Source: an uncultured bacterium
GTDB taxonomy: Bacteria; Actinomycetota; Coriobacteriia; Coriobacteriales; Coriobacteriaceae
Assembly: GCA_905214615.1 (NCBI GenBank)
Contig: CAJMMX010000001.1
Coordinates: 9,379 to 73,378, forward strand
DNA: 64,000 nucleotides
Direction: 5' to 3'
Shown: positions 51,444-60,698 of the stretch, piece after piece
Layout: the number at the start of each line of letters is the position of its first letter
How positions within the stretch are numbered: the stretch's first letter is position 1
Program-made: the position numbers and the translations under genes
Notes under the pieces: generated by a model
What the model saw: only the letters and a program-made list of their open reading frames with translations
Databases searched by the model: none
What the model was told of the DNA's origin: nothing

Positions 51444-52253
51444 TCAATCTCCGTCCAACCACTCCCCGCACCCCTCATACCCACGCCCAAGCTTCCTCCC
51501 AAGCTCCGCGGCATTGCGCTTCGTCTCCTCGGCAAACAGGTCATCGATTGCCCTGTCAATTCGCACGCAGGTCTCGAAATGCTCGTCCTTCCAGGGCAGA
51601 TTGAGCCCCAGGCTCGTATCCCAGAGCTTTGCGTTGATTACCTCCTCGGGATACAGCACGTCTTGGCGAATACCTTCGATCGCCTCATCCTCGTCCATGT
51701 CGCAGGCTGCATCGTCCTTCTTGAGACACTTGCGCAGCTCCTTTTGCTCGCGGATGCGATGCAGCGCGCTGGCACACACCACAGCCAAAAAGCGATAACG
51801 TTCGCATAGGTCCCATTCGCCGCCGAGCCATACGCGATAGCCCAGAACGACGCTTGTGGGCTCCTCGTTGAGCAGGAACAGGTCCCACGGATACACTTCA
51901 GCGCACGCGTCCTCTCCCAGCTTTTGCGCGCCACCGCGCGTAAAAGCGCACGGCTCTACGTCGTAATAGCCAAAGCCGTGGTCCGCATTGCGACGATTGA
52001 TGACATGCTTGGGCAACAGGACGATCTTGTCGCTGGGCTCGGGATCTATCTTCCGCAGCTTTTTGATCTTGCGGCGGGCGCGCTTTAGGTCGCGCTCGTT
52101 ATCGACACGGCCACGGTCATCCGGCTTGCCGCCGTATCGCAGGGCAACCTCGGGTGCCAGGATCTTTGTGTCAGCAGCGCACAGCAGGTCGCTCACGGTG
52201 GGCAGATCTTCCCACTCAATACCGTCGACATCCCAAATCCTACTCATGTTCAA
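51444..52253 (-). CDS. Hypothetical protein
   Basis: About 269 aa open frame downstream of clpP; start may be 52247. Confidence 0.7.
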   Translation of the reverse strand: MNMSRIWDVDGIEWEDLPTVSDLLCAADTKILAPEVALRYGGKPDDRGRVDNERDLKRARRKIKKLRKIDPEPSDKIVLLPKHVINRRNADHGFGYYDVEPCAFTRGGAQKLGEDACAEVYPWDLFLLNEEPTSVVLGYRVWLGGEWDLCERYRFLAVVCASALHRIREQKELRKCLKKDDAACDMDEDEAIEGIRQDVLYPEEVINAKLWDTSLGLNLPWKDEHFETCVRIDRAIDDLFAEETKRNAAELGRKLGRGYEGCGEWLDGD

Positions 52254-52321
52254 CCTCTTTCTGGCTGTTCAACTACGTGCTCATTCGCCCTGTTTAACGT
52301 GCTTGTAGGGCATATGCCCCG

Positions 52322-52924
52322 CTAGAGCGCCTTCTTACTCGGAGCAATCACCTCGTCCACCAGGCCCAGCTCCAGGGCGCGCTTGGCGTTGCACCAGCAG
52401 TCGCGCTCGGTGAGCTCGTGGAACTCCTGCGCGCTCAGGTTGCCATGCTCGGCCAGCAGCTCGTCCAGCTCGGCGCGCATGGCCGCTGTATGCTGGGCCA
52501 CAATCTCGATATCGGTCTGCTGCGCCATGCCTGTGCCGCCCATCAGTTGGTGGATGAGCACCTGCGTGTGGCGGTACACCTGGCGGTGGTCGCCGCAGGC
52601 CAGGATCACCGCGGCCATCGAGGCCACGACGCCCTCGCCCACCGTGATCACGGGGCAATCGAGCGACTGCATGGTGTCAATGAGCGCCAGCCCCGCCGTA
52701 ACGCTGCCGCCCGGGCTATTGATGATGAGGGTGATGGGCTCGGTCGCGCTTTGATGTTCCAGCACCAGCATGGACTTAATGAGGCCGTTGCAGGTCACAT
52801 CGTTGACCTCGCCCTCCAGCAGCAGCACGCGGCTGTTAAGCAGCTCGCTTGCCATATCGACGGCGGCAACACGGCCGTCCTTGGACTTCTTGATGATGCT
52901 GGGCTCACGATACATAACGGACAT
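52322..52924 (-). CDS. clpP: ClpP-family serine protease
   Basis: INSPGGSVTAG, ASMAA (Ser), LIHQ (His), ERD (Asp) and ALELGLVDEV. Confidence 0.93.
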   Translation of the reverse strand: MSVMYREPSIIKKSKDGRVAAVDMASELLNSRVLLLEGEVNDVTCNGLIKSMLVLEHQSATEPITLIINSPGGSVTAGLALIDTMQSLDCPVITVGEGVVASMAAVILACGDHRQVYRHTQVLIHQLMGGTGMAQQTDIEIVAQHTAAMRAELDELLAEHGNLSAQEFHELTERDCWCNAKRALELGLVDEVIAPSKKAL

Positions 52925-53033
52925 GGTTAATTCCTCTCTAGATGGAATCGATAAGGGAAACTGGCCGCACGGCACATGGCAAACAGAGGCCGTGCAGCCA
53001 AAATGCAGGTCAAAATGCGCGAGGCTGCAAGGG

Positions 53034-54518
53034 TTAATCCCTTAGCCACTTGGCTGCATTGGGATGGTCGTCGCAAAAGTACTTCTTGGCGCGGAAGGGA
53101 CGCATGCCGGTCACCTTGACCAGGCAATCGGTGCGAGGCATAAGCCCAACCTCGCCTGGGGTCATCACGCAGCCGCGCACATCTACGGCAGTGCGCTCGG
53201 CGCCCACGTACTTGGTGCCCAAAACCGACTCGCCACACAGTTCGCTTATGTAGTTCTGCGTCGCGATGTTGCTGCCGCCACCCATATAGACCAAACTATC
53301 GCAGTTATCGAGAATGGTAAGCGCCGTGGATTTGCCGTACACGGCATCGAGCTGGCTCAGCGATTGCGCACACATCAAAAAGCTAATGCCGCGGCTGCGC
53401 ACGGTCGCAATGCTGCGCTCAAAATCGGGGATGCGTCCCACATTGGGAAACTCATCGAGCACAAACTGCACGCAACGCTGCAAATGGCCGCTGGGGCTGG
53501 CATCGGCACGGCGCTGGGCAAGGTTAAACAGCTGCTTAAGGGCAACGTTCGCAAGCCATGCATTAGCCGAATCGTTGTCGCTCACCTTAAGATCGATCAC
53601 GCGCTTGCCCTCGTCAATACGATCAAGACGCATCTCGTCTTTCTCAAAGACGCGCATGAGCTGGGGAGTCTTAAGCCGCGAGATGGTCGCGTTGAGCGTG
53701 ATCAGAATGCTCTTAAGCGTCCTATCGGCTGCCCCGCGAAAATCACGATACTGCTCAACGCCATACAGATCAGCGTTCTCCGCACCAAACTTATCGAGAA
53801 ACTCCCTGGACTCCACCTCTTCTACAAGGTAGTCCAACGGGAATCGGCCCTCGCCATCCCCCGTGACCTTGATGAGCGCAGCCAGTTTAAAGACGTTGTT
53901 CATCTTAAGGTAGCGGCGCGGAGCATTGGGGTCCTCGCCCGGCGCAAGGGTGCCGGCAAGACACTCCAGGAGATACAGGATTCCAACAATTGCTCGAAGC
54001 AGCAGATCGTTTGCGTTATCCCAGAACGGATCATACCTACGGCTACGACCGTCAGGATCGACCCCCTCCATGATTGCCGCCACCGTAGTGGGGATATCCT
54101 CGACATCCATCACGTAGCGCAGAGGGTCGTATCCGGCCGACTGCTCGGGATTAACAGTATCGAGAACCGTTACCTCGTAGCCGTCCTCTTCAAAGCCTTT
54201 CCCCGTACGGCGCAGCAGCTCACCCTTGGTGTCTGTGACCACATAACAGCATTCGTGGTGATTGAGTAGGTTGGGCAAAATGAAACTCGCCGTTTTGCCG
54301 CTGCCGGTACCTCCAAAGGCAAAGACATTGTTGGACACACTCGTCTCCCAATGCTTGTCGTCCTCGTAGAACGCCACCGTGGCACCCTTAGCCAGGATCA
54401 CATCGCGCTGCTCATCGCCAGACGACAGCGCCTGCATCTCCTCCTTAGTCGCCCACTTCTTGGTCTGATACTCCGTTTGCTGCGCGGCCTCGTAGCCGTA
54501 CATCTTGATGACTGACAT
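53034..54518 (-). CDS. VirD4/TraG-like type IV coupling protein lacking N-terminal TM helices
   Basis: GGTGSGKT, VVTDTKGEL, DPFW, TLKSIL, LDEFPNVG, RSRGIS and QSLSQL; AAAGGAG RBS. Confidence 0.9.
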   Translation of the reverse strand: MSVIKMYGYEAAQQTEYQTKKWATKEEMQALSSGDEQRDVILAKGATVAFYEDDKHWETSVSNNVFAFGGTGSGKTASFILPNLLNHHECCYVVTDTKGELLRRTGKGFEEDGYEVTVLDTVNPEQSAGYDPLRYVMDVEDIPTTVAAIMEGVDPDGRSRRYDPFWDNANDLLLRAIVGILYLLECLAGTLAPGEDPNAPRRYLKMNNVFKLAALIKVTGDGEGRFPLDYLVEEVESREFLDKFGAENADLYGVEQYRDFRGAADRTLKSILITLNATISRLKTPQLMRVFEKDEMRLDRIDEGKRVIDLKVSDNDSANAWLANVALKQLFNLAQRRADASPSGHLQRCVQFVLDEFPNVGRIPDFERSIATVRSRGISFLMCAQSLSQLDAVYGKSTALTILDNCDSLVYMGGGSNIATQNYISELCGESVLGTKYVGAERTAVDVRGCVMTPGEVGLMPRTDCLVKVTGMRPFRAKKYFCDDHPNAAKWLRD

Positions 54519-54555
54519 GGCGTGGCTCCTTTCTTGTCCGTGACGTTGGTGGTTG

Positions 54556-55473
54556 TTAAGTAATGCGATCGACACCGTCGTCCTCATTGAGCTGTGCCGA
54601 GCGCGACGACTTGGTCGCGTGGCCGATCAGGCGCTCGGCCTGCGCCAGATAACTCTCGCGAGCAGCAGTTGAAACCGTCCCGTCGCGCAGATACGCAAGC
54701 AATGCATTAATCATCAGCTTGTCGAGCAGGTCGTATCCCTTGGCCCGAGCGCAGTTGAGGAGGTAGCGGTCCTGAAGCCCCCGTACCTTAGTTGCCAAAT
54801 CGATTTCCATCTTTTCCTCCATGTAATAAAAAGTGTGTCGTTCGTCCAAAAGTGCCTCAAACGGGCGTTTGACGCATAACTCAAAGTTGAAACGCGGACT
54901 CGTATCGAACACGCGTCGTTGCACCTTGAGGTAGCGCTTATAAAACATGACGGCATCATCTTCATCCGCCGTAAAGCCACGCGATCCATCGCGGTGCAGC
55001 CGGTCGTAAGGCTTTTTGCTATCGATATGGCGCACGAATGGGGACGGAATATAGGCATCCTTCTTGACGTTGTACTTCATCCCTGTCGTAACCTGCTCAA
55101 ACAAGAGAACGCCAGCTGACTTAAAAGCCGCATTACATCCATGCCTAAACATGCTCACCACGGCTGCCACGCTGCCCATGCAGCTATCGCGCGGGGAAAA
55201 ATACAGCGAAAGCAAAGCGAGCGTCGCAGCAGTCAAAAGCTCGCGGGCCTCGTGTACATCGGCTCGATACTGCTCGGGCACCAGCCCGGGAATATCGGGC
55301 GAGCGCTCTTCCAGCACGCCAACGAGCGATTTAGCCAGGCGCTCGACGTTCTTCTCGCCGCAGTACGGACACGGAAGTGGCAGCTCTGCCTTCCTGTTCA
55401 CTTCGCACATACCGCGGAGATCCTCGTCGATCGCACTGAGGAATGCCTCGTAAATACTGTCCCGTTTCTTCAT
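54556..55473 (-). CDS. Hypothetical protein resembling a stand-alone VirD4 all-alpha domain
   Basis: 305 aa; ARELLTA...KSAGVLLFEQVTTG...EDDAVMFYK pattern; CPYC motif. Confidence 0.6.
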   Translation of the reverse strand: MKKRDSIYEAFLSAIDEDLRGMCEVNRKAELPLPCPYCGEKNVERLAKSLVGVLEERSPDIPGLVPEQYRADVHEARELLTAATLALLSLYFSPRDSCMGSVAAVVSMFRHGCNAAFKSAGVLLFEQVTTGMKYNVKKDAYIPSPFVRHIDSKKPYDRLHRDGSRGFTADEDDAVMFYKRYLKVQRRVFDTSPRFNFELCVKRPFEALLDERHTFYYMEEKMEIDLATKVRGLQDRYLLNCARAKGYDLLDKLMINALLAYLRDGTVSTAARESYLAQAERLIGHATKSSRSAQLNEDDGVDRIT

Positions 55474-55762
55474 GAATGCTTCTTTCTATCCGGTTTCAGG
55501 TGGTTGATGTAAGTCTGTTCTAAGTTCTAGAATGTTCTGACGCTAGAACGATGATTATTGATCTAACCCATTAGTTTCATAAGTGAAATCATTCTGCTCG
55601 ATTGCTTAGTTTGCCTAAAGGCTACAAAGCGAATGTATCAAGCAATTGCTATTGAGTTGGCTTTGGATTGCTTCGAGGATAGCACAGCGTGCTGTTCTCG
55701 TCATTAGAAATTATAATATTTTTCTGCTAATATAAACCCACTGAGAAGAAAGGGCTCTATAC

Positions 55763-57202
55763 ATGCGTGAAACTACATCATCATTGCCACGCCTCACCGC
55801 CGCCGCCCTCTCGCGCGCGCTTAACCTGGAACAAGGCAGTCGCCTGCTCACTGTCCGTCTGCCTGGCGCTGTGGATGCCGAAGATCTCGCTAAGTGCTTT
55901 ACCCTAAACGGTAACGGCGTGCCCGATATTTGTGAGCTTGAACCCGGAAAGCAGAATGCAAGCGATGATGATGCAGCGCCGGTGTTTGTCGATGCATCAA
56001 ACTACTACCGCGCAAATAAGCACGATATCGAAAAAGACAGTGCCGCGCTCATCGATTATTTGGAGCCTGGCTACCTTGATTTTTGCGACTGGGGTCCTTT
56101 TATTTGGTGCCTGTATGCTCTCGCCCTTTCGGGCCGCACTCGAGCAGCCGTGGTACTTCCCGCCGATTTACTTGATAAAGCTGAACAAGCACGCACGATT
56201 TTGATACGCGAAGGGCTCATCGAGAGCGTCGTTTATTTGCCACTTTCCGAGCCCAGGCCCTACATGACAAGCGCGCTCCTCATACTGTCTTCAGGAAATC
56301 GCAGCGTTGCATTTCGCAGCGCAATTGAGCCCGGACCGCGTTTTCAATATGTGACTAAAACATCGTATTACTCTGATATCACCTTTTCTATCTCTCCTGA
56401 CTGGGCCCGCATTGATACCAATACGCCAAGATCGACGCCAATCGAAACGTCCACTTTTGCCACGCGCGAGCTGCTCCAACACCACGCCGCTCTCTCCAAA
56501 GGCAAAATCAGCCTCATCGCCATCACCCGAAACTACAGCGCCACACTCGGTGACTCTTTTACGCGAGTCGCGCCATTCATGCCCCGCGAGAGCACGACAT
56601 CGAACGACATTGACGCAGTCGAGGTGCGCCGAATCTCATCTCAAGATTTTCAGGACGGCAATCTTCTGCCCGTAGATGCTTCAGATAATCAAAATAGCTC
56701 GGATTCTAAATTCGTAAAGGTGGACCCCAGCGTTCTCGATCGTTATGAGCTCCGCGCTGGAGATATCGTCATGCCGCGCATGCTGGGTCGCTACGGCGCG
56801 TCCAACCTGCTCGTCGTCAGCTCCGATGACGCTAAGCAGCATCTGGTTGCTTCGCATAACACCACCGTCATTCGCCCGTCATTCCAAACGATGACCGAAG
56901 ATGAGCGCGTAGTGTTTTCGGAGATAATTGTTGGATACCTTACCGAAGGCCACGGGGCGCAGCTGATTCAAGCATTAACTGAAGCAGCCAGCATCCGCGC
57001 CATCCGTCCTAGCGACCTGTTTGAGATCGAAGTCCCGCCGGCGCTCGACCCGCGCACACGCGAGTATAGCGAATCCACCAACCGCTTTGCCGAGGTCGTA
57101 AGAACAAAGAAACAAGCCGAGGCCACTGTCGCCCAAGCCCAGCGCGACCTCGAAGGCGCAAAAAAGGCCGTCACCCAGGTGGTCGACCAGACCTGCGAAT
57201 AG
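55763..57202 (+). CDS. Degenerate HsdM C-terminus/HsdS(TRD)-like fusion protein
   Basis: RAAVVLP, R..LIREGLIESVVYLP and LLILS (HsdM-like); TLGD, RYELRAGDIVM, VIRP and LFEIEVP (HsdS-like); no SAM-binding or NPP motif. Confidence 0.68.
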   Translation: MRETTSSLPRLTAAALSRALNLEQGSRLLTVRLPGAVDAEDLAKCFTLNGNGVPDICELEPGKQNASDDDAAPVFVDASNYYRANKHDIEKDSAALIDYLEPGYLDFCDWGPFIWCLYALALSGRTRAAVVLPADLLDKAEQARTILIREGLIESVVYLPLSEPRPYMTSALLILSSGNRSVAFRSAIEPGPRFQYVTKTSYYSDITFSISPDWARIDTNTPRSTPIETSTFATRELLQHHAALSKGKISLIAITRNYSATLGDSFTRVAPFMPRESTTSNDIDAVEVRRISSQDFQDGNLLPVDASDNQNSSDSKFVKVDPSVLDRYELRAGDIVMPRMLGRYGASNLLVVSSDDAKQHLVASHNTTVIRPSFQTMTEDERVVFSEIIVGYLTEGHGAQLIQALTEAASIRAIRPSDLFEIEVPPALDPRTREYSESTNRFAEVVRTKKQAEATVAQAQRDLEGAKKAVTQVVDQTCE

Positions 57203-57223
57203 CGCATAGGCAGTAGAAACGTC

Positions 57224-57262
57224 TTAAGCCGGCGACAGGAACTAATTCTGCCGCCGGCTTAA
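57224..57262. terminator. Hairpin between convergent genes
   Basis: TTAAGCCGGCG.CAG...CTG.CGCCGGCTTAA. Confidence 0.7.
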
Positions 57263-57271
57263 CTATCTAGC

Positions 57272-58162
57272 CTATTCCCATCCCGTGGTCTGAGGATTCC
57301 ATTTGCACACATTCGCCGAATGATTAAAGCACGGTGTATACAACCGATTGACGACCTCTTCTGCCCCAGCAATGTTCCCCGCGAGATCAAGTACCCCCGC
57401 CTGCCTCGCCATCTTTACGTACTGTGCAGAACCATTTTGTTTCCACCAGAGAGGCGCCACGAACTCTTCCGGCATTGCCACTTTGCGGGCAGACGCTTCT
57501 TTCTCGACCCTCTCGACAAGCGTAGCCCCATCGACGAAGCAAGTTTTCGCGTACACCAAGATGTCGACTATATCCTTGATTCGCGATGAAGCACGGCCCT
57601 CATGCATCTCTATCATTGCGAGCAATTTATCTGCAAGGGCACTCTCCACTCGGCATACTCGATAGTCGCAGACTGGGAGCCCCTCGATATTCAGACGATC
57701 GATCGGCGCAAGAACCTCAGGCTCAAGTCCCCGCACTTCATCAATTACCAAGTCAATTGAAATTGGCTGTAGCTTCTTGGTTCCCATAAAGGGGGTGAAC
57801 CACACCTTCGCACCGCACCGATACTCATCTTCTTCTTTGATTTGCTCTGCACGATCAAAGACGAACGAAACGAAATCCTCCAGATCAATCGAAGCAGCCT
57901 GCACCAGATCGACAATAGCCTCTTCGAGACTCTCCTCTTGAGCAACCAAGTCAATATCTCTTGTGACACGCGCATCGAGTGTTCGCGCCAGGACGCTTTG
58001 ACCGCCCTTGAGCACAAAGCTGCCGTCATCTTCTGAAAAAACGCGACATAGGAAGCGATGAAAGTAGAAACCGACGATTGCCCGATTAGTATCCATTGGT
58101 GATTCTCTTGCGGCATTCCTAACAGCCATCTCCAATGCGGCAGGCGTTTTGTACTTCACCAT
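57272..58162 (-). CDS. abiEii: AbiEii-family nucleotidyltransferase toxin (type IV TA)
   Basis: FVLKGG, RVTRDIDL, ADKL and SRIKDIVD motifs. Confidence 0.9.
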   Translation of the reverse strand: MVKYKTPAALEMAVRNAARESPMDTNRAIVGFYFHRFLCRVFSEDDGSFVLKGGQSVLARTLDARVTRDIDLVAQEESLEEAIVDLVQAASIDLEDFVSFVFDRAEQIKEEDEYRCGAKVWFTPFMGTKKLQPISIDLVIDEVRGLEPEVLAPIDRLNIEGLPVCDYRVCRVESALADKLLAMIEMHEGRASSRIKDIVDILVYAKTCFVDGATLVERVEKEASARKVAMPEEFVAPLWWKQNGSAQYVKMARQAGVLDLAGNIAGAEEVVNRLYTPCFNHSANVCKWNPQTTGWE

Positions 58163-58177
58163 GTCCTCCGTTTCGCA

Positions 58178-58801
58178 TTACCCGTTCAGTACCATCAGCA
58201 AAGGCGCCATCAGCTCGCGTCGTTTGGCGGTTTTAGAGTTCTCCTCTACAAGATCCTTCAGCCGTTGTATATCGAGTCCACGTCCAAGCGCGTCGTGATA
58301 GGCATCGATAATTAATGAGGGATCCTCGCAATCGAGGCAAAGATCGACAAGCGTGCGCTCGGGTTTAGTTACCGGCAGGCCGTCGAGCCAAACGATGTCC
58401 CGCTCAGCAATCTCGCGCTTTACAAAAGAAAGGGATTCGTTTCTTGTATTGATACGCATGGGCGCGGTCATCCTGTAGGGGGACAGATAGAAATCGCCCA
58501 TTTGCTGCAGGTTCGCCGCTGTCGTACCGCTCACGGCGATGCCATCCCACTGACGTTTTCTCTCCCACGCGCAAAGGGAGGGATTGGTGAGCTTCCAAAA
58601 GGCGTTGAGTTCGTCGGTGTCTCGGCGCTGCGTTCCAGACATCCGGTAGGCGCCGTGGCATATCCGTTCAAGACGCCCTGCGCGGCATGAGTGCGCCAGC
58701 GCATCTCGAGAGATGTCCATGCGAGCCGCCTGGGCTGTGGTGAACACGCCCTCGCTCTCGGAAAGCTCGCTTATCGCCGCTATGTTGCTAAAGTACTTCA
58801 T
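58178..58801 (-). CDS. abiEi: AbiEi-family antitoxin
   Basis: GVFTTAQA, LERICHGAY, VSGTTAA and VTKPERTLVD motifs; directly upstream of abiEii. Confidence 0.88.
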   Translation of the reverse strand: MKYFSNIAAISELSESEGVFTTAQAARMDISRDALAHSCRAGRLERICHGAYRMSGTQRRDTDELNAFWKLTNPSLCAWERKRQWDGIAVSGTTAANLQQMGDFYLSPYRMTAPMRINTRNESLSFVKREIAERDIVWLDGLPVTKPERTLVDLCLDCEDPSLIIDAYHDALGRGLDIQRLKDLVEENSKTAKRRELMAPLLMVLNG

Positions 58802-58920
58802 GCTGCAATTGTAGGATATTTTCATACTTTTGCAACGTGATTTTTGATCCATTAGATCCGTTTGCCTTGTTTACCCCATTTCTGACGCCGTTTTGCACCG
58901 GCACCCCATCCCCCGCTATT

Positions 58921-59100
58921 GAGGTCTAATACTTTTCCGCGAAGTGAACGGCTGTTTTTGGACCCCTGAAACATCCGCATTTTTCGGCGGCAAAATCGTG
59001 GGATTTCAGCATTGAAACCGCAGGAAGCGGCACCTCTAAAGTGTCGATGCTTCGGGGGTCCGTTTTCACTCATTCACTTCTCGGAAAAGTATTAGACCTC
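58921..59100. mobile_element. 180-bp MITE-like palindromic element, copy 1
   Basis: Terminal IR GAGGTCTAATACTTTTCCG.GAAGTGAA.G (28/30) plus inner GGACCCC/GGGGTCC arms; homologous to 61995-62176. Confidence 0.75.
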
Positions 59101-59351
59101 GCTATCAGCTATCCCAAAGATCAGACCGCCCCTCCTTCACGCCACGCAAAACCTGCCTTTTCTGCCCCTGCCCGCCTCCGCACCACCCAAAAACTCATCC
59201 AACATTAATCTTGGCTCAAGAATCGCTTAATCTATAACCTGCACTATAGAGTTCGACCAAGGGCGGGGCGGCGCAACGCAGACCGCCGAACGCAACGCTC
59301 GCGCCCGGGCAGATCGCCCGGCGTCGCGCCCATCGAACGAAAGGACAGGTC

Positions 59352-59894
59352 ATGGACGACCTCGAAAAAGTTGAAACCATCCGCACCAAGTGCAACGTGA
59401 GCTACACCGACGCCAAGGCCGCGCTCGACGCCGCCGACGGCAACGTCCTAGACGCCATCATTTGGCTCGAGTCGCAGGGCAAGACCCAGACCACGTCGGC
59501 GCACGCCGCGACCGAGTCCGCACCGGTCGATGAGCCCTCGGCCGAGATGGTCGCCGCGCAGGCCGCCTACGAAAAGTCGAGCGAAAAGACCGACTTCTCC
59601 AAGAAGATGGACGGCGTGTGGGAGTACCTCAAAAAGCTCTTCCGCCTGAGCCTGGACACCAAGTTTATCGCCACGCGCCGCGATGCGATCATCCTCAACA
59701 TCCCCATCCTGATTCCCATCGTCGCGCTGTTTGCCTGGGGCGCTACGATTTGGCTGATGCTGATTGGCCTGTTCTTTGGCATGCGCTACCGCATCGACAG
59801 CGACGGCGACGTGCCCGGCAGCATCAACAACCTTATGGATAGCGCTGCTAACGCCGCGGATGACATCAAGCAAAATCTGAACGACGACAAGTAG
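59352..59894 (+). CDS. UBA-like/DUF4342 domain protein
   Basis: LEKVETIR..NVSY.DAKAAL...GNVLDAII; C-terminal ILNIP membrane segment. Confidence 0.75.
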   Translation: MDDLEKVETIRTKCNVSYTDAKAALDAADGNVLDAIIWLESQGKTQTTSAHAATESAPVDEPSAEMVAAQAAYEKSSEKTDFSKKMDGVWEYLKKLFRLSLDTKFIATRRDAIILNIPILIPIVALFAWGATIWLMLIGLFFGMRYRIDSDGDVPGSINNLMDSAANAADDIKQNLNDDK

Positions 59895-59912
59895 TCGCAG
59901 ACGGGGGCACGC

Positions 59913-60698
59913 ATGGCACGGATTCTGATCGTAGAGGACGAGGAGAAAATCGCCCGCTTTGTGACGCTCGAGCTGGAGCACGAAGGCTACCAGGTGGAGC
60001 ACGCCGCCGACGGTCGCACCGCCGTGAACCTGGCGCTGGAGCGCGACTACGATCTGATTCTGCTCGATGTGCTGTTGCCGCAGCTCAACGGTATGGAGGT
60101 CCTGCGGCGTGTCCGCAAGCACAAGGATGTGCCGGTGATTATGGTCACCGCGCGCGATGCCGTGATGGACAAGGTGGCCGGGCTCGATGCCGGCGCCGAC
60201 GATTACCTGACCAAGCCATTTGCGATTGAGGAGCTGTTCGCACGGATCCGCGTGGCGCTGAAGCGCTCGGAGGCCGTGCGGGCGGCTTCGGGCATTGGAG
60301 GCGCCGGTACTGGGGCGGTCGCGGCAGGCGGCGCGGGCGCCGGTATCGCCACAATGCCCCCGGCAACCGACACGGCCCAGACCGCTGCCACGCCCTCCCC
60401 CGCCGCACTTACCGTTGACTCGGTTGCGCTCGACCCCGACCGCCGCGAAGTCACGGTCGGCGGCTCGCCCATCGCGCTCACGGCCCGCGAGTTCGATGTC
60501 CTCGCCCTGCTTATGGCGCATGCCGAGACCGTGCTCACGCGCGAGCGCATCGCGCACGAGGCGCTGGGCTACGAATATGTGGGCGACACCAACAACGTCG
60601 ACGTGCACATTGCGCATCTGCGCGCCAAGATCGAGGACGCCGGCGGTGCCCGCATCATCCAGACCGTGCGCGGGGTGGGCTATGTCTGCCGCGCGTAA
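59913..60698 (+). CDS. OmpR-family response regulator
   Basis: ILIVEDE, LILLD, GADDYLTKPF, LTAREF and IQTVRGVGY motifs. Confidence 0.95.
   Translation: MARILIVEDEEKIARFVTLELEHEGYQVEHAADGRTAVNLALERDYDLILLDVLLPQLNGMEVLRRVRKHKDVPVIMVTARDAVMDKVAGLDAGADDYLTKPFAIEELFARIRVALKRSEAVRAASGIGGAGTGAVAAGGAGAGIATMPPATDTAQTAATPSPAALTVDSVALDPDRREVTVGGSPIALTAREFDVLALLMAHAETVLTRERIAHEALGYEYVGDTNNVDVHIAHLRAKIEDAGGARIIQTVRGVGYVCRA

Larger units (their letters stand above)
25573..58850. mobile_element. Accessory genomic island, probable decayed ICE/IME-like element; boundaries approximate
   Basis: Housekeeping genes absent, visibly lower GC in parts, VirD4, defence genes, TA pair and many pseudogenes; no integrase or att site identified. 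Confidence 0.65.
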
